The notes below the pieces were generated by a model. It was not told the origin of the DNA. It searched no databases and was given only the letters and a program-made list of their open reading frames with translations. A stretch of DNA of 64,000 bases, from positions 1,577,567 through 1,641,566 of the forward strand of contig MU053629.1 in the NCBI GenBank assembly GCA_013239625.1. Direction: 5' to 3'. Position numbers and translations under genes: made by a program. The DNA comes from Lama guanicoe. Lineage: Eukaryota. This document shows, piece by piece, positions 37,797 through 52,223 of the stretch; the stretch's first letter is position 1, and every line of letters starts with the position of its first letter.

Positions 37797-40634
37797 CTGC
37801 TAGTCCTCCGAGCTATGCACTCTGGCCACACCAGTCAGCTACATCTTTCCTCACACACACACATCATCCCCACCTCAGGCTAAATATTCCACAATCCTAC
37901 ATCTCAGCCAGGAGGTCCCGGGCAGAGGAAGTGGAGAATCAATAGAAAAAAAAATTTCATATTTCATCTGCATATAGGAAATATATGGCTCCAAAATAAA
38001 AAGTAGAGCTAAGTCAGAGGTGAAAGGAACGTAAGAGGAGTGAAGTGTGGAGGCTGAACAGGGAGAACGTTACAAGGATTCTGGGAGCAAGTTTGTTTTG
38101 CCTTTGGCACTTGGCTCAGGAAACAAACAACTTCAGTATCCAGAAAAAAGCTCCAGAGCAGGAATTCACAGTCAAGTGTCCTGGCTTCTCCTGAAATTGC
38201 AGCCTATTTGCCCTCAGGTTACACAGCCTTTCTGAACCTCTTCTCACAGCTGTAAATAGAGCTAATACTGGGTATCTTACCTGCATCAGAATATCATGGG
38301 AGTCAAATAACATAGAAAAGTACTTGTGAACCTAAAACTCTCTATAAATGTGAGACATTATTTTGGTTTATTTATTCACTCATTTAACAGATCTTTGTTG
38401 AATGCCTATCATAATCCAGGTACTTGTGCAAGACACTAAATTTACTAAGTTGAGCAAGCTTTAATACCTGCCTTCAAGGAGCTTATGGGCTAATGGGAAG
38501 AGATAGGGAAGAAAATGGGTAATTATAATACTATGTAAGGAGATTGCAAGTTACAAGGGTATGGGTAGAAGGATCAAGGGAGTGAGAGGAAGGACAGAGC
38601 TGAAACACTTCTTGGAGAAGGAGGTTTAGAAGGAGAGCATGCATACATAATGAGGATCCAGCCCATTTCATAAAGAGTGATTCGTAAATCAACTCAAAAA
38701 TAACTTCAACAAATTGCTCTGTTGTGGGTTGTGAATTCTGCTTTGTTCTAATAAAACTCACATCTCCTAAGCCATTAGAGAAGAGTCTTTGAAGTGGAGT
38801 CATTGTATATATCCATTAGCTTTGAAGAAAGATGGAATTAATGGAGGGAAAAATCAGTGGTATCTTAATTAGAAACATTTTATTCTTACAGCTTGTGTTT
38901 AAACACCAGAAAAAGAGAATAAATTCTACCTCATAAACTTGGTCCCCAAGAGTTCCCTTCAGCCAATCTTTCTGATCCAGGTAATATTGCATATCAGAGG
39001 CCAAGAAGCTTTTCCAAAATGTAAAACCATACCTTATTTTTATTTTTGTGTTTATTTATACTCTACTTAACAAAAAGACTTCAAGATAGATATTAGCACT
39101 TTGTTCTTAATCATGTTCCCCACAAAGAAGCTCCAAGAAAGTATATATATATCATTCAGTCAGTTCTCACATTCTTGGTACCTACTGTGTGTAAGACGTC
39201 ATGCTAGGACTATCGACTGTACAGAGTAGGTCCATGCCCTCTCAGGTCCTGAAAACTGAAGACGGAGGTAAATATCCACAAAAACATAGCAAAATAATCA
39301 ACAGTGTGGATTCCATCCTTCTGTATTTTTTATTAGTTGAGTTAGCAAAATTGTAAAGTTAGGCCCCTACTTCTGAAATTTCTTACTGAACTGCTCCACC
39401 AGAGAAGCAGGATACAAAGGAAGGACAAGATGTTTATTGTAACTTGTTATTTATAGATGTGTGATAGGTATTTTAGTAGGTCCTCTGGAATACATCATCC
39501 TTTAAAGAGAGTGTAACCATTGCAGTTTTCTCTGGGTACAAGTAAAATTTGAAACTGATCAAACCCAAAGACCCATTTAAATTATTCTGGAAGACAAAGT
39601 CTTGCACAAAAAAAAAAAGTAGCCATCAATAAAAAAACAGTATGATATGAGCTAAAAGACTAGTGCAGAAAATAAATATTCTCAGAATTCTGAAAAGAGA
39701 TTTCTTAGACAGAGAATTTCATCCAGGTGATAGAATTTGAGAGGGAAGCTGACAGCTAAATGAAAAAGTTACATATTCTATTTAACAGTGTCTTCTCAAA
39801 ACACTAACCTCCAAGACACAGAAATTGCCTAGAATTTTTGTTAGATGTATCTACATATGAGAACACACTCATTACCTCTTTCCTCTTTAACGAATAATTG
39901 ATCTGCCTAAGAGTTTGAAGGGAAGCAGGGACACTAAAAATAGGACCACAAGATTGGCAGGTAGCTCTTTTTGCAGGTAGATCCTCTTCCTGCTGAATGC
40001 AAACTTATCGAGTTCCGACTTGAAATCCATATTCTAAGTGAAATATCACACGTACCAGGACAACTCACTATCTCAAAAGTATTAACTTCCCTCCCTAGTT
40101 CCTTAAGGCTGCAATGCAGTAACAGTTTTTAAGTAAATTAACTTACAGTTTGTGAGTAATGTTTCATCAAAACGCAACTGCCTGAGGCAGACAGAGATGA
40201 ACATTTTCTCACTTAGCAGCAGGGAATAATAGAATGTTGATGCTGAGGAAAGAAAACAAAGCTACAAGGAAATAAGTGTGCCTACAATGAGGAGAAAGGA
40301 AGAAGGGAACTAACGTGTATCTGGTGCTACCCATGCCAGGCACAGCGGTAGCTCAGTGGGAACAAAATGAACAAGGCAAATCTTTGTTCTGGAAAGAAAA
40401 TAGTAGAGGAAGTGTATATACAAATAATTATGACACAAGTTATAAAGGACTGGGGAGCTTAGAAGAGGGATAGTTGAATTCCAATCAGAGAAAGTTCATG
40501 AGAAATGGGGCCTTGAAGATTGAGTGGTTAGTCTTGGACATGTAAGAATGTGGAACATTCTAAGCACAAAGAACTGCATAAGCTGAAGTGTGCTCGGGGT
40601 CAGCAAGCAGTCCGTGTTCGTTGTGACTATGCAG

Positions 40635-41100
40635 TATTTATGTTATCCAGGACTCCTGGTTGCAAGTGACAGAAACTTGCAACCTGAACTTGCTTGGCAA
40701 AATGAAGGAGAAGAATTAGCTTAAGGAGTCCAAAAAGGTGTTGACCAGTCAATGTAAAGTGGTGGGGAGGGTTGGGGTGGGGAGGGTGGGCAATGAACCA
40801 AGGCCTCAGGAACTAGTGGAACGAGGAACTTCAGCACCACCAGAATTCTTTTGTTTCATCTTTGCTTCCTTTTTTGCATTGGCTTCACTTTCTCTCAAGA
40901 CTTTCTCTCAAGGGCTTTCTTCATATATCAGCACCCCCAAGTTTTACATTTTACTATTTCCACCATTAGAAAGGGACTACACCCTTAATTCAAGTTTGAA
41001 ATGAAGGGGAAAGACGTGCTGATTGGCCAGGCTGGGATCAGTGCCCATGCCTAGAGCAATCCCAGGGGGCCAAGAGGAAGGGCAGGGCGTGCCATAGATG
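40635..41100. mobile_element. MaLR LTR (MLT1-like)
   Basis: GGTTGCAAGTGACAGAAAC and CTGATTGGCCAGGCTGGGATCA motifs. Confidence 0.65.
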
Positions 41101-44094
41101 TACACCGTAGTACTCACTAATGGTATGAGAAGTAGGGGATGGATCTGGAAAAGCAGAGTCTTGCAAGGCTGTGCTCTGGGAGTTGGTAAGGACTGAAGTT
41201 GGCATCAACACAAGGAGCAGATCAGAAGATCAGGAAGGGGAGGAAGCGTTTTGGTCCAAAATTATGGTGAACATTCACTAGACCATCAGGTTAAAATAGG
41301 GTTGAAACTTTTGTCATTGTTCAAATTGATTCATATTTTGTCATTTATATCAAAATGTTATAAAACATAATGGGTGTCTCACATTGAGTTTGCACATTGC
41401 ACAGCAAGATCTAGGATCCTTATTCAATCTTCTAGCTGGGTGACTTCAGGTGGGTATCTTAGCCAACCTGAAAAATAATAGTATAACAACAGCTAACATC
41501 TATTGAATACAGATGTTTTAAGTACTTTTCAAACATTATTTCATTTATTCCTCAAAACAACCTTATACTGCTCTATAAATCTGTGGTGATAATCCCCATT
41601 CACAGGATTATTGTAAAGATTAGTGAAACCATGGAAGATGCAGGGACCATTTGCCTGGTGCACAGCCAGCACTCAATATATCATTATTTTTAATTATATG
41701 CCTCCCAGAAGAGGAGACTCCCCTCATTTCCTGATTGCCTTGGGCACCAGAAGCTGATACTTTGAGAAAATGAAGATAAACAGAAGGGAAGAACTCTATG
41801 ACCCCTGGTCTCTGACATACAAGGGTTAAGTAGCCTTGATTTAATAGGGGCTAAAATAAGCCAGGAATTAAAATATTAAAAAATAACTAAAAAGTAGGAT
41901 ATTGAGAGATGTGATTGTGGAATGCCAACTGAATGACTTTGGACTAGTTTTTCTTCCTTCCTTTTTCAAAGGACAGACGTTCCCCCGAAAAAGATTCGTC
42001 TTTATAGCTGATCTAAAGAGCCATTTGAAATTTCTCTTCTCTTTGACCTGAACACTGTCAAACAACTGGGATTATTCAACCAAGGAAAGGAACTGACATT
42101 CACCGAGAAAGACCAATGTGCCTGCGCTCACTCCTGAGCTCTCAAGATAACGTTAATATCTTTTACCCCCATTGCCATCCAGGAAGGTGAATATTTTCTC
42201 TGCATTATGCAGATAAGGAACCTGAGGCTGAGAGTTTAGAAGTGACTTGGTGCCTGTCACCAAATGGTAAGTAGCAAGGCTGAGATTCAAACACAAGTCT
42301 GTCTGACTTCAGAGCCTACAATGCAAAATAGTAAGTCCCTCTTCCTTACCAGGGAGAGATGCTCAAGGCAGGGATACTGCCTGTGTCTTCAACAACACCT
42401 GGGCTCCAGGCTGCATGCTCTTCCCAGAGACTGTCATAGCATCAAAAACATATCTGCTCCCTCCTACTCTTTACCATAGCGCTGTTGTGTCCTAAAGTGT
42501 GCTCATCCCTCTAGTTAACACATTTTAAACACATTTTTGCATTCTGAATCGGACTTCCTAGGAGTATTGCAATGATACTTAAGAAATAAATCAAATGATG
42601 GAATTTTCAGAATCTGGAAGAGGAGGATGGATCAGACAGGCCAGAGACACATAGGCCTCTGAGAGCTCCCCAGGCTGTGCCATATAGCTCTTCACCCCAA
42701 CCCCCATCCCCAGCCATGAGTTCCCTGAGAGCTGAGCCTGGGGCTGCCATGTTCAGTGCCTGGAAATCAACAAACACATAGCAAATTAATAAATGAACGA
42801 TACCTGAAATATATGACTTCCCCTAACTTCAAGCTAACCCAGCAAATGTGCAACTGTTCCAGGTAACAGGATTTTTATCTTCCTTTGGCAGAACGTTCCT
42901 TCCCATCCCCTCCCTCAGTGAGCTCTGCCAACCCTCAAACAAGGCCACAGTGAACCATGTCTTAGTGAATGACAGTGGACCCCACCATTGTTATGAGATA
43001 TGGAATAAAGCTTTTAAGAGCATTGAGAGGATGAGGAACAGATTTACCCGTGTGTGGAGGTCAGTGTGAGTTACTGCAGACAGCCAAAGCGATCACCAAA
43101 TATCCGAAAAAACCATGAGTTCCTTGAGAAATATTCAAGACAGAATAGTTAAGATCGTTTTGAGGACCTATAGATAGGCAAATGAACACTTGGTTACAAA
43201 CCAAAGCAGTAGACATAAAAAGGGACTTTGTTGGTTCATAAAACTGAAAATTCCATTGATAGATCAAGCTTTAGAAATGGCTGGATGCAGGTAATCAAAC
43301 AAGATCATCAGGGACTTTATGTCTCACATTCTGTCCCTAGACCCTGCATTCCTCTGGGATAGCTTCATTCCCAAAGCAGCTCTCTGCATATAGAAAAGAG
43401 GCACGGTACCTAGCAGCCCAGACTTACGTTTTCCTTAGAGCTCCCTCTCTCTCTCTCTTTTTTAAGCAACAAAATAAAACAAAAACAAAAACAGAAACAA
43501 AATGCATAGCACAATCTAAGGTGAACATTCTTGTCACCACCATCAGATCGAGAAATAGAATCTTGCCCTCTACTTCAGAAGCCCCATCCTTGGATACCTT
43601 CCCAATCACAGCCCTCCTTACATCCTGGTTTTTATAATAATCACCCAAATGTACATCCCTAAACCGGACTTTAGTCTTGCCCATTCTTCTAGTTGATACA
43701 TCACTAAATCTCTTTCAACTCATACCTCGCCCTCTCTCCCTTTACTTAATCTGTTGAAGAATCCTTTTGACTTGTACAACTTCCCACAGTTTAGATTTTG
43801 CTGGTTGCACACTCGTGGTGCAGTTCATGTTTTTCTGCCCCCTAAGTTTCCTGCAAACATGGAGCTGCCTCCAGAGACTGGATTAGACTCAGACAAGGTC
43901 CCTTTGGTAAGACTACAAGCAGTGTTTGGCAAGACCACAGGAGGCACACAACGTCTGGTTGTCTCCCTTTTTAAGATGTGAACATCTACTGATGCCTAAT
44001 GTATATATCTACTAATTCATTGAGGGTTGCTAAATGATGATGTTTTTATTCAAGGGCTAGCAAACCATGGCCTATGTCAAACTTCCTCTCTTTT

Positions 44095-44533
44095 TAAAGA
44101 ATGAAATAATGCCACTTGCAGCAGCATGGATGGACCTGGAGATTATCATACTAAATGAAGTAAGCCAGAGAAAGAAAAATACTATATCATATCACTTATA
44201 TGTGAAATCTAAAAAAATGACCTAGATGAACTTATTTACAAAACAGACTCACAGACATAGAAAACAAACTTATGGTTACCAGGGCGGGAAACAGAGGGTA
44301 GGATAAATTTGCAGTCCGAGATTTGCAAATATTGACTACTATACATAAAACAGATACACAACAAGGTCGTACTGTATAGCACAGGGAACTATATTTAATA
44401 TCTTGTAATAGCCTGTAGTGAAAAAGAATATGAAAAGGAAAATATATATGTATATGTATAACTGAATCACTACGCTGTACATCAGAAATTAACACAACAT
44501 TACAAACCGACTATACTTCAATTTAAAAAAAAA
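44095..44533 (+). mobile_element. L1 3' end
   Basis: GGATGGACCTGGAGATTATCATACTAA..AGCACAGGGAACTATATT..CTATACTTCAAT, A-tail. Confidence 0.9.
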
Positions 44534-45426
44534 ACCCTCCCCGTTTTTATAAACGAAGTTTTATTGTCAGGAAGTGACAAACAGGCCTGGAAAGCTAGAA
44601 TCCCATCTCATTTTATGGACCAGGCTTCCAATCCCCTCTGAGTTCCTGGAATCTCCCTGGGAACAGGTTAGGGTACAAGTTCCCAAAACTCACAGAATGT
44701 ACAGACTTTCATCCTTCTCCTGTCTCAAGGCCCCTCCCTTGACTCTCTCCTTCCAACTGTCCCACCCTAAAACACTTATCTCTCCCTCCAGAATAATTCC
44801 CTCCAAAGAACTTAAACTTTTGAAAACCAAACCTAGGACAGCAGGCTGCCCTCGGTAACTTCCTTTTTTAGCCCCATAGCTCAAGCTTCCTCTGAGATGT
44901 GAAACTCAAAGCCTGTCTGCCTTCTTCGAATTGGGGTGGGGGGAGGAGGAAATCCAAAAAATAAACAAATAAACAGCTGTTATTCTTTCTAATTCTTCCA
45001 CAACAGCAAAAGCGAAATACAACATCTTAATACATTTTCCTGCCACAACTTCTGGGCTATCATATACAAAAGAAAGGGTTATCTGGTTATTCTATATCTT
45101 TTATAAATCCCCTTTTCTTACAAATAATTGGGAAATCATTCAACTTTTCTGAAGGAAAATGAGAAATGTAGCAAAAGGACCCAAGGACAGGAGTAGCGTG
45201 GCCTCACTCACGAGGAATGAGAGCCAGGAATGGGACAGCTGCTCTGTGCACCTTCAGACCTCACAGTACCCCCACCCTGCCTCTTGTTGTGTATCTGCTC
45301 CATTCTTCTTTCTTTGCAAAACATCTCTCCTTGTTTCCTGTCCTTGTGGCAGAAAACAACCATCCTGTGGCTCCCTTTTCTATCTCTTCTCAGCTCAAAA
45401 GTCCTACAGATATTCACTGGTATCTC

Positions 45427-45905
45427 TGTCGACTGAAATAAATGCACAGCCTAAAAGTTGAGGGTTATGTTTTATTTGGCGAGGGGTTACTTGAGCTGGT
45501 ATGACAGCCTCTCTCAAATCGCTCTGAGGAACTGCTCGGAAGAGGTAGGGAAGGAGCTAGGATATATAGGAGCTTTACAACAAAGACCAGGTAGTTGGAA
45601 CAATAAAAGGTTACTTGTTAACTAAAGAAAACCAGGCATCTCAAGTTAGAGAATTTAGTGCTTTTCTATGTAGGGGAGGAAGCAAACATTTGGGCTCATT
45701 GAATTCATTCCTTTGGCAAGCATCTAGCTATCTAGGGCCAGTATCTTGTCCTTTCTTATTCTAAGTCCCCTCAGAGTGCACCACTGTGAGTGGCCACAGA
45801 GGCTGGACTGCAGGCTTGTCTTCACTGTGGGGTGGCGGCAGCCGCTGATGACTTGATGGTTTCAGCATTGTTTACTGATATGGTTTGCAATATTTTTCAT
45901 TCACA
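45427..45905 (-). mobile_element. Intact solo LTR (ERV1-type), 479 bp
   Basis: TGT..ACA termini, 4-bp TSD TCTC both sides; TATA-like and AATAAA signals read on the minus strand. Confidence 0.85.
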
Positions 45906-46542
45906 TCTCAAAGGCCACAGTTTCTAGATGAACAAATCTGCTGGCTTCACCTCTGGAGTTTGCAGACATCCATTCCACTTATCTCCTATTGGCCAGAACT
46001 TATTCATATGTCTCCACCTTAGCTGTACGGGAGGCTGGCTTATGTGGTCTCTAACTGGGTGGTCATAGGCTCTGTGCAATCTATTACTAAAAGGAAGAAG
46101 GGGCAAATAGCGTCTAGAGGTAGCTAGCTGTCTCTGCCACACAGTCCATTATCAAATGCTTATTTGTTTAAGACAAAGATGGGTGTGGCACCTCCTGGAG
46201 ATAAGGCTGAAGAAATACCATCAGTCTAGCTAAAGAAAGAGAAACGCACACCAACAGGAAGCAGAACTGTACCTTCTCTTTGTAGAATGTATTCACAAAA
46301 ATGGGATTCTCAGATCAATTTCCTTACAGCTCTATTGAGATATAATTGACATAACATTGTGCACGTTTACGGCATACAGCATGTTCATTTGATACACTCA
46401 TGTATCACTGTTATTCAGCTACGAGAAAGAAGGATATCCTGCCATTTGTGACAACAGGGATGGACCTTGAGAACATTATACTAAGTGCAATAAATCAGAC
46501 AAAGAAAGACAAATACTGTATGATGTCACTTATATGTGGAAT

Positions 46543-46995
46543 TGAGGACAAAATCATTGTCACCTGGCATTTCAGTAAACAAAGGATGTTGCAGCCATAA
46601 AACCATCAGCCACTGCAGTTGCCCCCGATGGTGCACCCTGAGGGCAATTCAGGATGGGGAAAAACAGGATACTGGCCCTGGATAGTTGGGGTGCACATCG
46701 AAGGAATGATTTTAATAAGCTCAGACTCTTGCCTCTTCCCATATATAGAAAAGCACTAAATTCTTTAACTTGAGATGTCTGTTTTTATGACTAGCAATAA
46801 TCTTTTGATATTTGACTTCATGTTTTATTTTGGTTTTTTCCAGCAAGAATTCTTATATATCCTGGCTTTTCCTTACCTCTTTGGAACAGTTCCTCAGAGC
46901 TCCCTGAGAGGCTGGCTCCAGGGCTATAGTCCTCAGTAATGCCCCAAATAAAACATAATTCTCAACTTTTAGGATGTGCAGTTTTTCCACATTAG
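46543..46995 (+). mobile_element. Solo LTR (MER34/MER39-like) inserted in an L1 3' end (46400-47270)
   Basis: TATATAT box, AATAAAAC signal, CCTCAGAGC..CTGAGAGGCTG; L1 sequence resumes on both sides. Confidence 0.65.
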
Positions 46996-47924
46996 ATTTT
47001 AGATTAGAAAAACTCTAACAAAGCCTAACTCATAGAAACAGAGCATAGAACGGTGTCTACCAGGGAATGGGGAATGGGGGGAAGGGGGTAAATGGCTGTC
47101 AAAGGTACAAACTTCCAATTTGAGGATGTATACTTTTGGGGGATGTAATGTACAGCACTGTGACTCTAACAATACTGTACTGTATACTTGAAAGTTGCTG
47201 AGAGGGTATATCTTAAATATTCTCCCCACAAAAGAAATGGTAATTATGTGATGCAATAAAGGTGTTCTCAGATTAATGTTAATCCATATGGCCAGATTAC
47301 TTTCCCAAAAGGTAGTAATAATTCCCATTTCTATCAGCTGACTATAAGAGTGCCTCTTCTCCCAGTCTGACAAGCACTGCTTGTTATCAGCGTTTTCAAG
47401 TTCTACCACTCAAATGGATGAAAGAGAGTGTCTCACTGTTCTATTATGCATTTCCCTAGCTACAAGCGAGTTTGCGTTTCATCTCAGTTTTAAGCAGGGT
47501 AAGTATATTTCCTGTTTGCTGCTTCGTGCACATCAGCCTGTGGTATCCTCTTAACCCACCTCCATTTGCAAGCCTTGAGAGTGAGCACAGTTGCACCTCT
47601 CAGTCTCAGCGGCTGCGCCACTCCCTGTGCATTGGTGCAGCCTTCCTGGAAAACAGTTTGCCGAAATGAACTGTTCTGCCTTTAACCCAGCAACCCCTCT
47701 TCTGGGAATCTGTCTTATAGAAATAATCTAAACTGTAAGAGAAAGCTATACCCACAAAAATGTTCATTTCGGCATTATTTATAACTGAAGGATTCTAACA
47801 AGCCAACGGGTTTTAACCAGGGTTAGGCAAACTATGGTATGCTGAAATCCTAAATCTATTAAAATGATCGTTATGAAGACTGTGGAATAACATGCAAATT
47901 ACTCATGACATAAAATATGCATAG

Positions 47925-48445
47925 AGGATGCCCCCTGATATTGCATGCCCAGCTCTTGCCTGTTAAATGATCTGCCCCTCCCCCTGTTGAGTGGCAATCA
48001 CAGATTCTCCCAATCCCTGCCTGTAGGAGTGGACATGCGCCACCACCAGCCCAGACAATCATGATGGCCCTTCCCGCTGCCCACAATGGCTTCTCCAGGG
48101 GGAAGGCATGTGACCCATGGAAGGTCAATCAGAGTCTCAGCATGACACTTTGTCTTCCTCTGGGATCAAGAGCTGTTAAGGACCACAGAATTCTAACCGT
48201 GCTATTGGCTGTTCTTCCCACAACATAAGAGAGCTCCCTGGATATTGAAGCCACATGGAAGAAAGCAGAGCCAGGGTGTGGTGAGACACAGGACCCTAAC
48301 AGCATCATTTGACCACATGAATCTAGCTACTCCAAAAGCCAGTGCACATCCCAGTTACTGAACCAACAAATATCCTTTTCTTTTTTTTAACTTAAGCTAC
48401 TTTGAGTTGGGTTTTGGTTACTCCAACCAAGAATCTTGACTAACA
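47925..48445. mobile_element. MaLR LTR (MLT1-like)
   Basis: CATGTGACCCA..CAATCAGAG and TTAAGCTACTTTGAGTTGGGTTTT..GACTAACA end. Confidence 0.65.
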
Positions 48446-48976
48446 TAATGTGTGTATAAGAGAAAGTTTAGAAGGAAAAGCACAAAATTATTGTGTTAGG
48501 CTGAAGGAATTACAGAATTTTCCTCTATACTTTCTATTGTTTGTGATATCATTTTTAATTTCAAAAAATTATTTAAGAAGAGAAAGAAGTGCACTTTCTT
48601 GGAGCCCACTGCAGCTGAAAATGATCATATTTCATGGTCCACCCCTATATGTAGATTAAGAGATCAGAGAAGTTTTTTAGAAACTTGCCCAAGGTCATAC
48701 AGCTGAGAGGCTGAGATGCAAACTCAGGTCTGCCTCCTCCAAAGCCTTACAAATCAGTCTTCTTCCTCATTCAAAGGAAAAATGTCATGGGCATAAGTGT
48801 AAAGAAATATATAATTATTCCACTGTATTTGATAGCACTGTTGTAATAGTAGGCACTTTGGAAAATTAATTTTTAGTATATATACTAATCGTTTCAGTTT
48901 TATTATATATATTATATTCACTTCCTATTGCTCCTGTAACAAATCACCACAAATTTAGTGGCTTAAAACAACACAC

Positions 48977-49211
48977 TTATTGACAGCAAGACAAATACTG
49001 TATGTTATCATTTATGTGTGGAATCTCAAAAATAAAACAAACTAGTGAATAGAACAAAAAAGGAACAGACTCACAGATATAGAAGACAAGCATGAGCTGC
49101 CTGTTCTCCTTGCTTGGCGCCCGCAATAAACCTCTCTCTGCTCCCAACTCTGGCATTTCCGTTTGTTTGGCCTCACTGTGCATCTGGCGCATGAACTTGG
49201 GTTCAACAACA
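48977..49211 (+). mobile_element. L1 3' fragment joined to an LTR 3' fragment
   Basis: GACAAATACTGTATG..AGACTCACAGATATAGA then CAATAAACCTCTCTCTG..CAACA. Confidence 0.6.
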
Positions 49212-50918
49212 AAATTACATTCCCAGAGGTTACAGTGATTACACCGCCACCGGCAGTGAAGGAGAATGTGTGTTTCACTGCATCCCCATCAATTGTTGTT
49301 GCTGCCAGGGGCATGAATTCCAAGCCCTGCCAAATGTCGTTTGTCTCAGTCTCTACATTCCATTTGTACTCTGGGGAAATGTGCTTTTAGTCACCACTTT
49401 TGAGATAAACCTGAAGTGTCATACTTTCTCAGGTATGTTTTCATCAGTCATAATGGAATCGACCTGTCAACTAAATCAACCCTTTTTTCCAAAGACAAAT
49501 GAAGTTAGAAACCAGCTTCTTAGTAACGAATTTTTTTTTTTTTTTTTACGGTTTGATAGGACAGATAGCACCAGTCCCCAATACAGCAGCTGTGGTGCAC
49601 ATCTGGAACAGGTCAACATCTCTTTCTTGTCTCTTACAACCATGCCTAGCTGAACCCACCTGCGAGATCCTCCGGCTGCTCACCCTCCTCAGCTCTGCAG
49701 GAGAAAGGGACCTGACCTCCCAGTTCCTGCCACACATGCAGTCTCAGGCTGCTGTGGCAACACAGAGAGGGAAAGCCAAGGTGGCACCTAGACTTGTGGC
49801 TGCCTCTGGTCCTGAGTCAAAGCTTGTTCTGAAAATGATAATAATCTGACAGTAATACTAACAATAATCATCTCCTCAGTAACTGCTAAAGTCCAGGCAG
49901 CAGGCTGAGTACTATGTATGAATCATCTCTTTTCTCCTTACAAGAACTCTAAAAGGTATCTGCTGTTACAACCATTTTAGAGATAAGGCAATTGAGGCTC
50001 AGAGAAGTTAAGGCACTTATCCCAGGCCACACAGCTAAAAAGTGACAAAGCCAGGATGTGAAGCCAGATTTTATCTAACTCCAGAGAAAGATTCTTAACC
50101 ACCCTATTAGGCGCTAAAAATACCCACAACATATTGTCTGAGTGTGTTACTCATCAAAACCCCGTGTCTTAGGGAAAAGCCACCTGGTGCCTGTCTGCAC
50201 ATCAAAGAAAAGAAACAGGGAGAACCCCTGAACAATAGCAGGGCCTTGGAAGAGCATCACGGAGATAATGAGGAGGCATTTGTACCTTGCTCGCACATTC
50301 TTTTTCTGTCTGACATTTCTCAACCGGAAAACAACACAAGGAAATGGATGTGTATTGGTTTCAGGGTTCTGCTTTGTCTCCCAGAGAGGAGGACCAGTGC
50401 CTGAAATTCTGGGCTCTGTCATGTCTCCACTTTCCTCCAGTATTCCCCCAGCTCAAGGCCTGGACTGGAGGCACTGGGACAGACAGAAGCACAGGGCGAA
50501 GGCCGTGGCTGATGAGTCTGAGTCCAGGCCTCTGAGCCAGGCAGCTGCACCCCTAGACACAGATGCTCCAGCGCAGATCTTGATGGGGATGTCAGCCTCA
50601 GGCCAGGCTTCAGATTCCAAAGTCAATCTCACAAGGCAGTTGGAAGTTGTGACTTCCACTCTCTGCCCTTTTCTAATCCCACCCTCCCTCACTGCTGCCA
50701 CTGCCTCTCTTGATCCTTCTGCGGCACCTTCTCTGTTCTCCAGCCAGACAGTGCTTCCCGTTGTTATTGTTAGCAGTATTAGTACCAGTGGCAGCGGTAG
50801 CAGCAGCACTAGCGGTAGTAGTGGTAGCAGTCATGGCCGGTGGGACAAGAGTAACTACCACTGTTGTTTATTGAGCCTTTCCTGTTTCAGATACTATGTT
50901 GAGTGCTTTACCTGAATT

Positions 50919-51628
50919 TTTTTTAATTTTTAAAATTGAACTATAGCTGATTTACAGTGTTGTGTTAGTTTCAGGTGTACAGCAAAGTGATTCAGTTATA
51001 CACATATATGTATATTCTTTTTCAGATTCTTTTCCATTATAGGTTACTATAAGATACAGAATGTAGTTCCCTGTGCTGTACAGTAAGCCCTTGTTCTTTA
51101 TCTATTTTATATATAGTAGGGTATATCTGTTAATCCCAAATTCCTAATTCATTCCTCCCTCTGCCTTTCCCCTTTGGTAACCATAAGTTTGTTTTCTATG
51201 TCAGTGAGTCTCTTTCTGTTTTACAAATAAGTTCATTTGTATCATTTTTCTAGATTCCACATATAAGTGATATCATATGATATCTGTCTTTCTCTCACTT
51301 TCTCCAGATAGATGATAATCTCTAGATCCATCCATGTTGCTGCAGTGTTATTTCATTCTTTTTTATGCCTGAGTAATATTTCATTCTATACATATACCAC
51401 ATTTTCTTTATCTATTCATCTGTTTATGAAAATTTAGGTTGCTTCCGTGTCTTGGCTATTGTAAATAGTGTTGCTGTGAACATTGGGGTTCATGTATCTT
51501 TCTAATTAGAGTTTTCATCTTTTCTGGGTATATGCTCAGGAGTGGGATTGCTGGATCACATGGTAACTCTATTCTTAGTTTTTTAAGGAACTGCCACACT
51601 GTTGTCCATAATGGTTGCACCAATTTAC
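50919..51628 (-). mobile_element. L1 3' end inserted in a MIR
   Basis: Reverse-strand L1 3' UTR/ORF2 end; TSD TACCTGAATT (50909-50918, 51629-51638). Confidence 0.9.
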
Positions 51629-52069
51629 TACCTGAATTATTTTATTTCATCTTCACAACCAGGTACCTCCTAGAACAAAAATCTCACTCCTTTACAAGAC
51701 AGCCAGTTCTACTGCTGGCATCTCTAGTTGTAGAAGAAACTTCTTTCTTAACTTAAGCCTTCCTCCTCAGAAAGGTACCCATTGGTCCCAGTTCTACTGA
51801 GGCTGAACAAGCCCTCTCCCTCTTCTAGAGGTCAAGACTTCAAGGGCAATGAAGACTTTGAAGGGTGCTTCTGTTAAATCAAAGGCACCAATTGCACCTG
51901 CAGTGTGTTCCGCCATCCTCCACCTTGACAGTATCAGTGGATATTCTGGGTGCCATCAGAGTCCCATGTGCCCATGGACAATACCAGTCTGTTTCCTGCC
52001 ACATAATAAAGAGCTCTTAAAGGCAGTGCCCTGTACTGATGTCAAACAGCAGAGCTTGAAGGTGAAGGA

Positions 52070-52223
52070 GGGGGAGGGTATAACTCAGTGGTAGAGTACA
52101 TGATTAGCGTGCATGAGGTCCTGGGTTCAATCCCCAGTACCTCCATATAAATAAATAAATGAAAACCTAATTACCTCCCCTCAATAAAATTTTTTAAAAA
52201 CTCAAAAAACAAAAACAAAAAAA
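52070..52223 (+). mobile_element. tRNA-derived SINE
   Basis: GGGGAGGGTATAACTCAGTGGTAGAG..GGGTTCAATCCCCAG, A-tail. Confidence 0.9.

Noticed and set aside
50268..50915. 215-aa Ser-rich ORF
   Set aside because: Runs through a low-complexity AGC/AGT/GGT tract and MIR sequence; no recognisable domain
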